Of a DNA stretch of 64,000 bases, positions 30,310-40,483 are shown in pieces. Numbering within the stretch: position 1 is the first letter of the stretch; each line of letters starts with the position of its first letter. Below the pieces are notes generated by a model that did no database searches, had not been told where the DNA came from, and saw only the letters and a program-made list of their open reading frames with translations. The DNA lies in contig SVTH01000007.1 in NCBI GenBank assembly GCA_015063885.1, forward strand, positions 41,566-105,565, in the 5' to 3' direction. The DNA is from Oscillospiraceae bacterium (lineage in GTDB: Bacteria > Bacillota > Clostridia > Oscillospirales > CAG-382). The position numbers and the translations under genes were made by a program.

Positions 30310-31557
30310 TCACAGCACGTAGTCCGTGATGCAATCGTACCAATGCACGTAGGTCTCGCCGTTCACGGTGAGCCGCTGATTATCGGGAAGTATTTCCGTC
30401 CAAAGCTTCCCGTAGCGGTCAAACTGCCAATCGTCCTTGTTGAACCGGCGCCACAACACCGTTCTTCCGTGAACGTCCAGGTAGTACTCACACAGCATCC
30501 CGCCGCCGCTTCCTACCTGGAAGTCCACAAGCTTCACCGTGTCGTAGCGTTTGCCGTCCAGCGCCACCGTATAGCGTCCCACCACGTCGGAAAGATCTCC
30601 CGTTCCCATGGCGATCTCTCCCGCCGAACTTTCGGTGATCAGCCCGCGGGGGATCCGTTCTACGGGGAAACCGCAGTTGTTCTCCCCGATGCCGTAGCTT
30701 TCCTCAAAACCCCCGTCCAGGAAGGTGGTGAGCTTGGTTACCCCTTGGCTGTCGGTATACATCCCGCCCAGGTACTTGCAATGGGTGTCCGACAGGGCGG
30801 CGTAAACCGTTTCGCAGGCGTATTCCTTGCCGTTTTCATAGCGCTTTTTGATGGCAACGCCCTCCACGCCGTGAATGCTGACCTTGCCCACCGCTTCCAT
30901 GGCGTACTTGCCGTTTTGGACCCTCTCGGGGAAGTCGTACATGGCAAAGCTGAGCTTTTCTCCCATGCAGGGGATGATAAACATCCCGGGGAGCTCCTCG
31001 TGGCGCAGGGGGAAGGGGGCGCCTTCTCCCTTTTCGATGGTGTATGCGGGCATCGTCTTGGGAAATTCCTTCATACAATTCGTTCCTTTCTCCGTGAAGC
31101 GTTCTTTGAACGCTTCTTTTGCGTGATGGAGGCGGCTTTTCACCGTTCCTACCGGGATATGAAGCCTTGCGGCGATCTCCTTTTGGGAAAGCTCTCCGAA
31201 ATAGGCGAGGTACAAGATCTGCCGATCCCTTTCGGGAAGCCGTTCCAGGGTGTCCCTCACGGGATTGCCGTGGGTCAGCCCTCTTGCGCCCGCGGCGAGG
31301 ACGCCTTCGCCTACCTCGTCTAAAGATACCTTCCCGGGCTCACCCTTTTTGCGGTAGTGATCGTTGCATTTGTTCCGCACAATGGCAAGCAGCCAACTCT
31401 TAAAGGCGGCAGGATCCTTCAAGTCGGGAAAATGCCTGTAAGCCGATAAGCACACCTCTTGCAAAACGTCCTCGCCGTCTGCGGGGTTGCCGATTTTGTA
31501 CTTCACAAAGCGTTCCAAAACGCCCATGTGCTGTTTCAGCAAATCTTCGAATTCCAT
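30310..31557 (-). CDS. ECF-type sigma-70 factor fused to a ~240-aa C-terminal domain of unknown function
   Basis: Region 2 (DVLQEVCLSAYRHF) and region 4 (LSQKEIAARLHIPVGTVKSRLHHAK) lie in the first ~170 aa. No TM segment afterwards. Confidence 0.8.
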   Translation of the reverse strand: MEFEDLLKQHMGVLERFVKYKIGNPADGEDVLQEVCLSAYRHFPDLKDPAAFKSWLLAIVRNKCNDHYRKKGEPGKVSLDEVGEGVLAAGARGLTHGNPVRDTLERLPERDRQILYLAYFGELSQKEIAARLHIPVGTVKSRLHHAKEAFKERFTEKGTNCMKEFPKTMPAYTIEKGEGAPFPLRHEELPGMFIIPCMGEKLSFAMYDFPERVQNGKYAMEAVGKVSIHGVEGVAIKKRYENGKEYACETVYAALSDTHCKYLGGMYTDSQGVTKLTTFLDGGFEESYGIGENNCGFPVERIPRGLITESSAGEIAMGTGDLSDVVGRYTVALDGKRYDTVKLVDFQVGSGGGMLCEYYLDVHGRTVLWRRFNKDDWQFDRYGKLWTEILPDNQRLTVNGETYVHWYDCITDYVL

Positions 31558-31643
31558 TTTGGCACGCCTCCGTTGTTTTTTTCTTTGAAAACGTTTTCAC
31601 CTATTAAGACGAAAAAAGGGGGAGAAAGGTTCATTTTTACAGA

Positions 31644-31710
31644 AAAATCCCCCGCGTTTTTTTGCACGGGGGAGAATTTGTTAGTAGAAGGTTGCTACGT
31701 AATATTTCTT
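31644..31710 (-). repeat. Degenerate duplicate of the tyrS 3' end plus terminator hairpin (direct repeat of 32742-32815)
   Basis: CACGGGGGAGAATTTGTTAGTAGAAGGTTGCTACGTAATATTTCTT versus CACGGGGGAGAACTTGTTAGCAGAAGGTCGCTACGTAGTACTTCTT. Confidence 0.85.
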
Positions 31711-31741
31711 TTTTGAAAAATATAGCCACAGCTACATATTA

Positions 31742-32548
31742 TTACGTTTGATAGATTGCTAAAACGATCAGCTGCGAAAATCCATCTTCAACAATTTTTA
31801 CAGAATACAAAATCGCCGGCAAATTATTACAATATGATAATATCTCTGACTGAATTGTATATTCTATGCCGTCAAGCGTATCGACTCCTAAATGTTCGCG
31901 GATCTTTTCTTCCAGCAATTCATCTCGTTGGTGAGAACTTATAAAGGATTTTATAGCTGTGCTTGGGCACGCTTCTGTTTTGGAGAAACTCGTTATCGAT
32001 CCTTCGGAGTTGATAGATATTTCTACTTTGATGTTGCACATCAATTCTCGCTTGACCTGCCATACCATATAATAATTAGATGTTGAAGAATCGGGGCGTG
32101 TCATTTCGAAGTGATTGTATTGTTCAAAATTGACCAACTCAGCGAGGGTTAACTCAGCGGCTTGTTTTAACTCTTCATCAGACAGCTTATTTATATTTTT
32201 AATTGCCGGGAGTGGGCTTATGTTGGAAAAACCAATGATTTCCCCCGTTTTGGCATTTACTTTGATGCGTTTCCATGTGAGAGTGGATGATTCCTCAGCG
32301 ATTCCGTAAATGTCAAATGTATCGTTTGTCAATTTTGATTTTTTGCTAGAAAGATATATTGTGTTGTATTTTGATTGCCCGATTTGCAGGACGTAATTTT
32401 GCGTGTTGCCTTTTTCGGAAGCAACGTCTATCGATTCGCTTTCGATAACTTCGCAAGCGTAAGCATGTTGAGAACAGCCAACGAAGGAAAAAGCCGGTAA
32501 TACACCAATGATTAACAGTATTAGTGAGCGTGCTAAGTTCTTCTTCAT
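31742..32548 (-). CDS. Lipoprotein, unknown function (AT-rich islet cargo)
   Basis: MKKNLARSLILLIIGVLPAFSFVGC lipobox. Codon usage is visibly AT-rich compared with the neighbours. Confidence 0.7.
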   Translation of the reverse strand: MKKNLARSLILLIIGVLPAFSFVGCSQHAYACEVIESESIDVASEKGNTQNYVLQIGQSKYNTIYLSSKKSKLTNDTFDIYGIAEESSTLTWKRIKVNAKTGEIIGFSNISPLPAIKNINKLSDEELKQAAELTLAELVNFEQYNHFEMTRPDSSTSNYYMVWQVKRELMCNIKVEISINSEGSITSFSKTEACPSTAIKSFISSHQRDELLEEKIREHLGVDTLDGIEYTIQSEILSYCNNLPAILYSVKIVEDGFSQLIVLAIYQT

Positions 32549-32784
32549 ATTGTTTTCCTTTCTCCCTTTTTGCATCCTTGTAATTACAGTATAACAAGTA
32601 AATAATGGGCTTGTCAATAATTAGTTATATAAAAAATGTGATCTTGTTTTGTACAAGCTATACGAAAAATGTGCGAGACAAAGAAGGCCATCCTCTCCCA
32701 AATATATATGTCGTAAATTGGCAAAATGTCTATTTGAAAATGAAAAACTCCCCCGTGCTTTTTTTAAACACGGGGGAGAACTTG

Positions 32785-34011
32785 TTAGCAGAAGGTCGCT
32801 ACGTAGTACTTCTTCTTACCTCTGCGGATGACGATGAACTTACCGTCAATGGCGTTTTCCTTGGTGAGCAATACGTTGCCGTCCTTCTCGATGTCGCCGT
32901 TGAGAGAGACAGCGCCTGCCTTCAGGAAATCGTTGCCCTCGCGGTTAGAGGATGCGGCACCGCCCAGCTTCAAAGCGTCCAGCAGACGGGTGCCCTCGGG
33001 AATCTCAAAGTGGGGAACGTTCTTCAGCCCTGCCAGCAGATCCTGGGGAGGGATGGACTTGATGTCCCCGGAGAACAGCTGCTCGCTGATGCGGACGGCT
33101 TCCTCGTATGCGCCATCGCCGTGGAGGTCGGTGATGATCTCCTTGGCCAGAGCCTTCTGTGCCAAACGGAGATGGGGCTGCTCGTTGTGCTGACGCTCGA
33201 TCTCCTCGATCTCCTCACGGGAGAGGAAGGTCAGACGCTTCAGATAGGGAACCGCCATCACGTCCTCTGCGTTCAACAGGAACTGATACAGCTCGTAAGA
33301 GGAGGTCTTGCTCTTATCCAGCCAAACGGCGTTGCCCTCGGACTTGCCGAACTTGTTGCCCTGGGAGTCGGTGATCAGAGGCATGGTCATGGCGTAGACC
33401 GTCTCGCCGGTGGTCTTGCGGATCAGCTCGATGCCGGTGGTGATGTTGCCCCACTGGTCGGAGCCTGCCACCTGAAGATCCACGTTCATATGCTCGTGGA
33501 GATACTTGAAGTCGTAGCCCTGGATGAGCATATAGGAGAACTCGGCGTAGGAGATGCCCGTCTCCATCTGACGCTTTACGTGATCCTTGCTGAGCATATA
33601 GCCCACGTTGATGAACTTACCGATGTCACGGAAGAAGTCCAGAACGTTCATATCCTTGATCCAGTCGTAGTTGTTTACCACGGGGTAGGGGAACAGCTTC
33701 TGTACCTGTGCCTTCAGCGCCTCAAAGTTGCGGAACACCACTTCCTTCTGGGAAAGAGCACGCTCCACGGTACCTCTGGGGTCGCCCACCAGGCCGGTGG
33801 CACCGCCCACCAGGATCAGGGGGTGATGGCCTGCCTCTGCCAGACGGCGGGTGATGAGGAAGGAGGAATAATGCCCCAAATGCAGGCTGTCTGCCGTGGG
33901 GTCGGTACCGATATAGAAGGTGAGACCGCCTTCGTTCAATTTGTCGATCAGGGCGGGATCGGAGATGCTCTCGATCAAGCCGCGCCACTGAAGATCTTCA
34001 TAGACTGTCAT
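32785..34011 (-). CDS. tyrS: Tyrosine--tRNA ligase
   Basis: HLGH (HIGH) motif, KFGKS (KMSKS) motif, C-terminal S4-like domain. Start at MTVYEDLQWRG. Confidence 0.95.
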   Translation of the reverse strand: MTVYEDLQWRGLIESISDPALIDKLNEGGLTFYIGTDPTADSLHLGHYSSFLITRRLAEAGHHPLILVGGATGLVGDPRGTVERALSQKEVVFRNFEALKAQVQKLFPYPVVNNYDWIKDMNVLDFFRDIGKFINVGYMLSKDHVKRQMETGISYAEFSYMLIQGYDFKYLHEHMNVDLQVAGSDQWGNITTGIELIRKTTGETVYAMTMPLITDSQGNKFGKSEGNAVWLDKSKTSSYELYQFLLNAEDVMAVPYLKRLTFLSREEIEEIERQHNEQPHLRLAQKALAKEIITDLHGDGAYEEAVRISEQLFSGDIKSIPPQDLLAGLKNVPHFEIPEGTRLLDALKLGGAASSNREGNDFLKAGAVSLNGDIEKDGNVLLTKENAIDGKFIVIRRGKKKYYVATFC

Positions 34012-34052
34012 AACAATTACCATTCCTTGTGTGTTACTGTTTATACCAAAGC

Positions 34053-34082
34053 AGTATACCACAGAAACAGGCAATTTGTCAA
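34053..34082 (-). promoter_or_regulatory. Sigma-A-type promoter for tyrS (TTGACA-N18-TATACT)
   Basis: Read on the minus strand. The short leader to the tyrS ATG leaves no room for a T-box. Confidence 0.6.
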
Positions 34083-34158
34083 CAGAAAATCGGAAAAACC
34101 CCTTGACGAACGGCGAAAAAAGGCGTATAAATGAGAGAATCCTTTTGGAGGTGGCAGT

Positions 34159-35472
34159 ATGCTCCTTACCGTTCTCATTGCCGCCGCGGCGTGTATCGCC
34201 ATGCTGGTGCTGGTATTCTTCTTCCCCTCGGTGTCGATCCGCCGTCATTTTATCAGTACCTATTGGTTCGCCCCCCTCGTCGGCGGGGTGCTTTTGTGGC
34301 TCCTGGGCAGGATCAGCGGGGGAGAGATCCTGGAGGGCCTTACCCAAAGCGGCGGGATCAATCCCATACAGCTTTTGGTGCTGTTCCTTTCCATGACCTT
34401 GCTTTCCGTATTTCTGGACCAGGCAGGCTTCTTCAGCTGGCTGGCCTCCAAGGTATTGCGCCGTGCGGGGAGCAGTCAGAAAAAGCTGTTTATCAGCCTG
34501 TACCTGATGGTCTCGGTGCTCACCGTCTTCACCTCCAACGACGTGGTGATCCTCACCTTCACCCCCTTCCTGTGCTTCTTTTCCAAAGGGGCCAAGATCG
34601 ACCCTCTGCCCTTCTTAGTGGCGGAGTTCGTGGCGGCCAATACCTGGAGCATGGGGCTCCTCATCGGCAACCCCACCAACATCTGCCTTTGCACCGCGGG
34701 GAACGTGGAGTTCCTTGCCTACCTACGGGTGATGTGGTTCCCAACCCTCCTTGCGGGGACGGTCTCCTTCTTCGTCCTGCGGCTGATGTTTCGTAAGAGC
34801 TTGCAAAAGCCCATGGAGCCCTGCGAAGAGGAAGCCCGCCTTTCCGACGTGCCTGCGGTGGTGGTCGCCATCCTTCACTTGGCGGTGTGTATTGTGCTGC
34901 TGGTATTCTCCAACTTCCTGGCGATGCCCATGTGGCTGATCACCCTGGTGTGCTTTATCAGCCTGTACGTTTCCATGACGTTGTACCTCCTTGCCCGTAA
35001 GAAGGGCTTACGGATGATCACCGATTCCTTCCGAAGAGCGCCCTGGGAGATCGTCCCCTTCGTGCTTTCCATGTTCGTGGTGGTGCTGGCGCTGGAAAAG
35101 GCAGGGGCGACGGAAGCCCTGGCCGCCCTCCTTTCCAAAGGGGAAAGCATCCTCACCTTCGGGGTCTCCTCCTTCTTTGCCGCCAATCTGGTGAACAACA
35201 TTCCCATGAGCGTGTTCTATTCCGCCGTGGTGGAGGCTGTGCCCTCCTCACAGACCGCAGGTGCCCTTTACGCCGCCGTGGCAGGGTCCAACTTAGGCGC
35301 CTATCTCACGCCAATCGGCGCCCTTGCGGGGATCCTGTGGATGAGCCTCCTTTCCCGCTACGGGGTGAAGATGTCCTTCGGCAAATTTATCCGCTACTGT
35401 GCCCCCGTGTCCCTCTGCTCCATGGCCGCCGCTTTGCTGGGGCTTTGGTTGGTGATTTATGGGGGCACTTAA
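34159..35472 (+). CDS. ArsB/NhaD-superfamily anion permease (citrate-transporter-like)
   Basis: 437 aa polytopic protein; ...NDVVILTFTP...NLVNNIPM... pattern. Confidence 0.75.
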   Translation: MLLTVLIAAAACIAMLVLVFFFPSVSIRRHFISTYWFAPLVGGVLLWLLGRISGGEILEGLTQSGGINPIQLLVLFLSMTLLSVFLDQAGFFSWLASKVLRRAGSSQKKLFISLYLMVSVLTVFTSNDVVILTFTPFLCFFSKGAKIDPLPFLVAEFVAANTWSMGLLIGNPTNICLCTAGNVEFLAYLRVMWFPTLLAGTVSFFVLRLMFRKSLQKPMEPCEEEARLSDVPAVVVAILHLAVCIVLLVFSNFLAMPMWLITLVCFISLYVSMTLYLLARKKGLRMITDSFRRAPWEIVPFVLSMFVVVLALEKAGATEALAALLSKGESILTFGVSSFFAANLVNNIPMSVFYSAVVEAVPSSQTAGALYAAVAGSNLGAYLTPIGALAGILWMSLLSRYGVKMSFGKFIRYCAPVSLCSMAAALLGLWLVIYGGT

Positions 35473-35550
35473 GAACCTTTCTTTTTAGAAGAAAGGTTCT
35501 TAAGAATCTCCAAAGAAAATCCAATGCCAAAAACTGTCGTTTTTGGGAAG
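35468..35550 (+). repeat. REP/MITE-like palindromic element, copy 3
   Basis: CTTAAGAACCTTTCTTTTTAGAAGAAAGGTTCTTAAGAATCTCCAAAGAA..TGCCAAAAACTGTCGTTTTTGGGAAG. Overlaps the permease stop codon. Confidence 0.85.
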
Positions 35551-35668
35551 AGAAACACAAAGAACCTTCTGCTTTTTGCGGAAGGTTCTTTTCACAGGAA
35601 AAGTTTTTGGGGAAGGGTACGGGGAACCCCTTTTTTCAAAAAGGGGTTCCCCGTCTATCGTTCCTTCT

Positions 35669-36430
35669 CTATCCCCTCGGTACCAGCGTAACCAAACACA
35701 GCTCCGGCGGGTTGCCGATGCGGGGAACGCGGGTGTTCTTCACAGCCAGCCCCCGGCTGACCAGAAGCTTGGTACCCTCCAGGTCGTAGACCCCGCCGGT
35801 GTACTTGGGGAAGAATCCCACGTCGGGAGCCAAAAAGCCGTCCTTCAGGAAGGGGAACCGCCATTGTCCGCCGTGGGCGTGCCCGGTGAGCACTGCGTCG
35901 AAGGGTGTACCCGTATACTCCTCCACCCGCTCGGGACGGTGGGTGATCAACAGGGAACAGCCGCCCTTTTCTGCCGCCTTGCAGGCGCTTGCCAACTGCT
36001 TGCGGTGGATCTCCTCCTGATGCAAAGGATCCTCCACGCCGCAAAGGAGCAGGGTGTTACCCTCTGCGGAGAACAAGGCGTTCTCTCCCGCCAAAAGGTA
36101 TGCCCCCGTGGAGGCGGCCGCCCGCTTCACCAGGCCGTAGCGCCCGGTCTTGATCTCGTGATTTCCCGGCACGTAAAAGGTGGGGTAGCGCCCTGAAAAG
36201 GCTGTCAGCGCCTCCAGGCCTCCCGTCAGAGGGATCCGTTCGTCGAAGGTATCTCCGCCGAAGATCACCAGATGGGGCTGAAACGCCTCCGTCAATTCCA
36301 GGCATTTTTCGTGCCCTTCTCCGTGAAGGTCGGAGAGAAACGCCAGCCTCACGGGGGACTGTAACCCTTTTACGGACAGGGAATAGGGAACCGCCATAAC
36401 CGACGGTTCCCAAAAAAGTCTGCCTATCAT
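35669..36430 (-). CDS. Metallophosphoesterase
   Basis: LSDLHGE, GGDTFDE, GNHE, GHAHGGQ motifs. Confidence 0.85.
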   Translation of the reverse strand: MIGRLFWEPSVMAVPYSLSVKGLQSPVRLAFLSDLHGEGHEKCLELTEAFQPHLVIFGGDTFDERIPLTGGLEALTAFSGRYPTFYVPGNHEIKTGRYGLVKRAAASTGAYLLAGENALFSAEGNTLLLCGVEDPLHQEEIHRKQLASACKAAEKGGCSLLITHRPERVEEYTGTPFDAVLTGHAHGGQWRFPFLKDGFLAPDVGFFPKYTGGVYDLEGTKLLVSRGLAVKNTRVPRIGNPPELCLVTLVPRG

Positions 36431-38970
36431 TTCTTGCGCAGGACCAGGATGACCACCACGGCACCTGCCAAAACCACTGCCACGCAGATCACGATGATGA
36501 TCGTGGTGGAAGAGCCGCCGTCATCGACGGGATCGATCAGCGTGCTTTCGGCGGTGGATTCCTCTTGGGAGGATTCCTCGGAAGGCTTGCTGCTTTCCTC
36601 GTCGTCCTCGTCCTTGCTCGTCTCGCCCGGGCCGGGCGCGGGATGAGGGTCAAAGGGCTCGCCCTCGGGCAGCTCCAGCTCCCCGTAAAGCTTGTTCTGA
36701 TCCACTCTGTAGGTCACGCAGGTGATCTGCTCCGCTCTGTAAAGGTCGCTTTCCAAAGCCGCCTTGGCCTTCTTGCCGGAAATGGCCTTCAGCGCCATAT
36801 GGAGCTCCTTCAGCTTCTCACCGTCCATTTTACCCTGAGAAACGGTTTCCTTCAAGCCGTCGATGAGTGCGGAGATCTTCTCTCCCTCGTCTGCGGTAAT
36901 GCCCTCGCAGGGAACCAAAACGTCCTTGATCCTGCCCTTCATGTAGTCCAGACAGGCCTTGATGGAAGCGTCGGGATCCAGGAAGGGAGAGATGGCCCGG
37001 TTGCGGTAAACGGTTTCCATCAGCGCAGGGCCTGCCATATCCTTCAGATAAGCGGAGCCCTCGAAGAAGCAATCGCCGTAAGCGCCGTTTTGGTTGTCCT
37101 CCGCCGCCTGGCGTACCATCTCGGTAGCGCCCAGCTCTGCCATGAACACGCCCAGACCGGTGACGATCATGCACTGATCCCCGGCCAGCTTCACCTGCTG
37201 ACGGATATCGTCACCGTAGCCGTCGCCGTAGGCCATGGGATGGAGGATATCCAGCCAATCCTTTTCCAGCCAGGTCACGAAGTCCTGGTAGTTGTATTCG
37301 GTAGCACCGTTCACGGTGGCAACCACGTCTGCGGAGAGAAGCACCTCGGGACGGACGCGGTCGATCATCTCGCGGACGGCCTTCACCATCTCGGTGACCT
37401 GGGACATACGGAACTTCTTCCAATCCTCCCAGTAGGCCGCCTTGGTGTCGTAAGTGGGGGTCACGCCGTAGTGGTACTGCTCCTCAAACTTCTTGAAGGC
37501 CGCTTCGGTGTAGCCGAAGTCCAGGTCGGAGCGGGAATAGTAACGGATGTAGTCCAGCTCAAAGCAGTCGATGTCGTAGTTGCGGATGATGTATTCGTAG
37601 AAATTCACCAGATATTCCCGTGCCTCGTCGTTGGCAGGATCGATCATCATGAAGTCGTCGGGGTTGTGAGGGGTGCCGTTCTGATTCAAAGAGAGCCACT
37701 CAGGCTTCTTGTAAGCGATGTTGTCGGAGTAATACTGCCCCTTGCTGTGGCCCACCTCCATGATGGCCATCCAAAGATGGCATTCCATACCGTACTTGTG
37801 GCAGGCGTCCACGTATGCCTGGAGCACGTCGTAGTTGAAGGTCTTGATCCGCTGGAACAGGCAATCCTTGGGGGTGTTCATGATCACGCCGTTGTTGAAG
37901 TTGCCCTCCACGCAGATGGTGTTGATCCCCGCATCGTGAAGCTCCTTCACGTAGGCGTCCACCTCTTTTGCGCTCTTCTGAGAGGGGCGTACCCAAACCG
38001 CACGGTACTGTACGGTGTAGCTTTCGGAGATGGAGCTGCGGATAACGGCCACCTTGTCGGTGACCACGTCGCACACCGTGGCAAACTCCCGGTCGGAGCC
38101 GTCGTTTTGGTGTGCCGCCAGAGCGTCTGCAAACAGCTTTTTCGCTTCGGCGATCTGCTGCTCCAGAACGTCATACTGCAGATACATGAAGTTTTCCTTG
38201 GCATCCTCCAGGGCAGGGGACAGGGATTCCAGAATCGCCGCCATACCCCGCTCCAGGCTTTCGGCGTTGTAGCTGAACTTGACGGTCTTTGCGGAAGCGT
38301 CGTAGGAAGCGGTCATGCCCAGCTGTACGTAGGTCTTCAGCCAGTCGATGGAAGAACCGTGGGCAGAGACCACGAAACCGTTCTTGGGGATAGCGGTATC
38401 GTTGCCCCCCAGGGAGACCACCAGGCCGTCCTCAACCGTCGCCTCGTAGCCGAATTCGTTGGTGCCGGTGGTTTTCCCTTTGGAAGGGGTGTAGACCACC
38501 AAAAAGTTCTCACCGCGGGTAACGTTAACGCCGTTGAAGGCTCTTTCCGCATCGTAGAACACCTCTGCGCTCATGTCGATGGGCTCGGTGGAAACGGTCA
38601 ACAGCATGGTGCGGTCGTTGTAGTAAACGTAATCGCCTACGTGTACGTTTTGCTGGATCCAGGTGCGCATCTTGCCGTCGGTGTCGGATTCGTGACCGGA
38701 GACCACAAACCCGCCTGCGGGGATGGCGTTATCGTTCCCGCCCACGGAAACGACCTTGTTGTCGGGGCCTACCACTGCCTCTACGCCCCATTCGTTGGTG
38801 TTGGTCTTGGGACCGTAGGCTTCGGTGTAGACGATCAGGTTGCCGCTGTTGCGGAAGCAGTCGAAGCCGTTGATCTTCACCGTCACCACCTCGGCGGATA
38901 CCGCAGTGGGCAGGGAAACTGCCAGCAGGATCACCGCCAACAGCGCAGGGAGAAGTCTTTTCAAATGCAT
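36427..38970 (-). CDS. Secreted, membrane-anchored glycoside-hydrolase-like family 10 (GHL10/DUF187-type) protein
   Basis: Signal peptide MHLKRLLPALLAVILLAVSLPTAVSA. TIM-barrel-like core (RAVWVRPS..., INTICVEG). C-terminal TM anchor. Confidence 0.7.
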   Translation of the reverse strand: MHLKRLLPALLAVILLAVSLPTAVSAEVVTVKINGFDCFRNSGNLIVYTEAYGPKTNTNEWGVEAVVGPDNKVVSVGGNDNAIPAGGFVVSGHESDTDGKMRTWIQQNVHVGDYVYYNDRTMLLTVSTEPIDMSAEVFYDAERAFNGVNVTRGENFLVVYTPSKGKTTGTNEFGYEATVEDGLVVSLGGNDTAIPKNGFVVSAHGSSIDWLKTYVQLGMTASYDASAKTVKFSYNAESLERGMAAILESLSPALEDAKENFMYLQYDVLEQQIAEAKKLFADALAAHQNDGSDREFATVCDVVTDKVAVIRSSISESYTVQYRAVWVRPSQKSAKEVDAYVKELHDAGINTICVEGNFNNGVIMNTPKDCLFQRIKTFNYDVLQAYVDACHKYGMECHLWMAIMEVGHSKGQYYSDNIAYKKPEWLSLNQNGTPHNPDDFMMIDPANDEAREYLVNFYEYIIRNYDIDCFELDYIRYYSRSDLDFGYTEAAFKKFEEQYHYGVTPTYDTKAAYWEDWKKFRMSQVTEMVKAVREMIDRVRPEVLLSADVVATVNGATEYNYQDFVTWLEKDWLDILHPMAYGDGYGDDIRQQVKLAGDQCMIVTGLGVFMAELGATEMVRQAAEDNQNGAYGDCFFEGSAYLKDMAGPALMETVYRNRAISPFLDPDASIKACLDYMKGRIKDVLVPCEGITADEGEKISALIDGLKETVSQGKMDGEKLKELHMALKAISGKKAKAALESDLYRAEQITCVTYRVDQNKLYGELELPEGEPFDPHPAPGPGETSKDEDDEESSKPSEESSQEESTAESTLIDPVDDGGSSTTIIIVICVAVVLAGAVVVILVLRKK

Positions 38971-39009
38971 AGTGTCTGTCTCCTTGTTTTTATTTGGATT
39001 GGAGGGACG

Positions 39010-39090
39010 CTTAAGAACTTTTCTTTGGAAAGAAAAGTTCTTAAGAATCTCAAAAGAAACTTCATTGCCGAAAACTGCCGTTTTCGGGAA
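39010..39090 (+). repeat. REP/MITE-like palindromic element, copy 4
   Basis: CTTAAGAACTTTTCTTTGGAAAGAAAAGTTCTTAAGAATCTCAAAAGAA..TGCCGAAAACTGCCGTTTTCGGGAA. Confidence 0.85.
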
Positions 39091-39167
39091 ACCCTTTATG
39101 ATTTCTCGAAATAGGGTTTCTTGGAGGGTGCGGGAACCTTCTTTTTCCGGAAAAGAAGGTTCCTGCG

Positions 39168-40262
39168 TCAAACGTTAAATCTAAAAAGAACGATGTCGCC
39201 GTCCTGCATAACGTATTCCTTGCCCTCGGAGCGGACCAGCCCCGCCTCCTTGCAGGCCACGTAGGAGCCCTTTTCCATCAAGGCGTCGAAGGCCACCACC
39301 TCTGCGCGGATGAAGCCCCGCTCAAAATCGGAGTGGATCTTACCTGCCGCCTGGGGCGCCTTGGTGCCCTTCACGATGGTCCAGGCACGTACCTCCGGCT
39401 CTCCCGCGGTGAGGTAGCTGATGTAGCCCAGCAGATGATAGGAAGCACGGATCAGCTTGGCCAAGCCTGCTTCGGTAACGCCCAGATCCTCCAGGAACGC
39501 CTGCTGCTCCTCCTCGTCCAGCTCTGCCAATTCCGCCTCGATACCGGCGCAAACGGTGATGATCTCCGCGCGTTCACCCTCAACTGCCTTGCACAGGGCG
39601 TTGTAGTAGGGGTTCTCCGTGGGATCCTTTGCCAGATCGCCCTCGGCCACGTTGGCGCAGTAGATCACGGGCTTCCAGGAAAGCAAGGGCAGGTCGAACA
39701 GCTCCGCCTTCTCGTCGTCGGTCAGCTCCACGCTTCTGGCAGGCTTGCCGTTCTGCAAAGCCTCCCCGATGCGCTCCAATGCGGGAAGAATGGCCAGGGC
39801 AGACTTGTCTCCCTTTCCCGCCTTCTTCACACGGTCCACACGGCGCTCAAGCAGCTCCATGTCGGAAAGGATCAGCTCGGTGTTGATGATGTCCACGTCT
39901 CTTGCGGGATCCACGCTGTCCTCCACGTGGATGACCTCGGATCCGCCGAAGCAACGTACCACGTGCACGATGGCGTCCACCTCACGGATGTGGGAAAGGA
40001 ACTTGTTCCCCAAGCCCTCGCCCTGGGAGGCGCCCTTCACCAGGCCTGCGATGTCTACGAACTCAATGACGGCGGGGGTCACCTTCTTGGGGTGATACAT
40101 CTCCGCCAGCTTATCCAGCCGCTCGTCGGGAACGGCAACGATGCCCACGTTGGGGTCGATGGTACAAAAAGGATAGTTTGCGCTTTCCGCACCCGCCTTG
40201 GTCAGGGCGTTGAACAGGGTGCTTTTTCCCACGTTGGGAAGACCGACAATGCCAAGTTTCAT
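39168..40262 (-). CDS. ychF: Redox-regulated ATPase YchF
   Basis: MKLGIVGLPNVGKSTLFNALT... with a C-terminal TGS-like domain, 364 aa. Confidence 0.95.
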   Translation of the reverse strand: MKLGIVGLPNVGKSTLFNALTKAGAESANYPFCTIDPNVGIVAVPDERLDKLAEMYHPKKVTPAVIEFVDIAGLVKGASQGEGLGNKFLSHIREVDAIVHVVRCFGGSEVIHVEDSVDPARDVDIINTELILSDMELLERRVDRVKKAGKGDKSALAILPALERIGEALQNGKPARSVELTDDEKAELFDLPLLSWKPVIYCANVAEGDLAKDPTENPYYNALCKAVEGERAEIITVCAGIEAELAELDEEEQQAFLEDLGVTEAGLAKLIRASYHLLGYISYLTAGEPEVRAWTIVKGTKAPQAAGKIHSDFERGFIRAEVVAFDALMEKGSYVACKEAGLVRSEGKEYVMQDGDIVLFRFNV

Positions 40263-40483
40263 AACAAAAAGATACCTCTTTTTCCTCTGTGTGCTTAAAA
40301 ATCTCTATCTTATACTATACACCATTTCCGCCGTAATTGCAATATACAATTTTATTTCACAAAACTTTTTGAATAAAATTTATCATATTTTTGAAAAACC
40401 TATTGACAATAGGCGAATTGTATGGTATATTGTTATCGAAAAGAGATCTGAAAATAACAAAAGTTTGAATAGGAGGCTTCTCT

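Noticed and set aside
34012-34158. Expected T-box leader upstream of tyrS
   Set aside because: A TTGACA-N18-TATACT promoter lies only about 40-70 nt from the ATG, and the divergent permease gene starts at 34159. There is no room for a ~200-nt T-box, and no AGAGA/GGUGNRA or UGGN motifs were seen.
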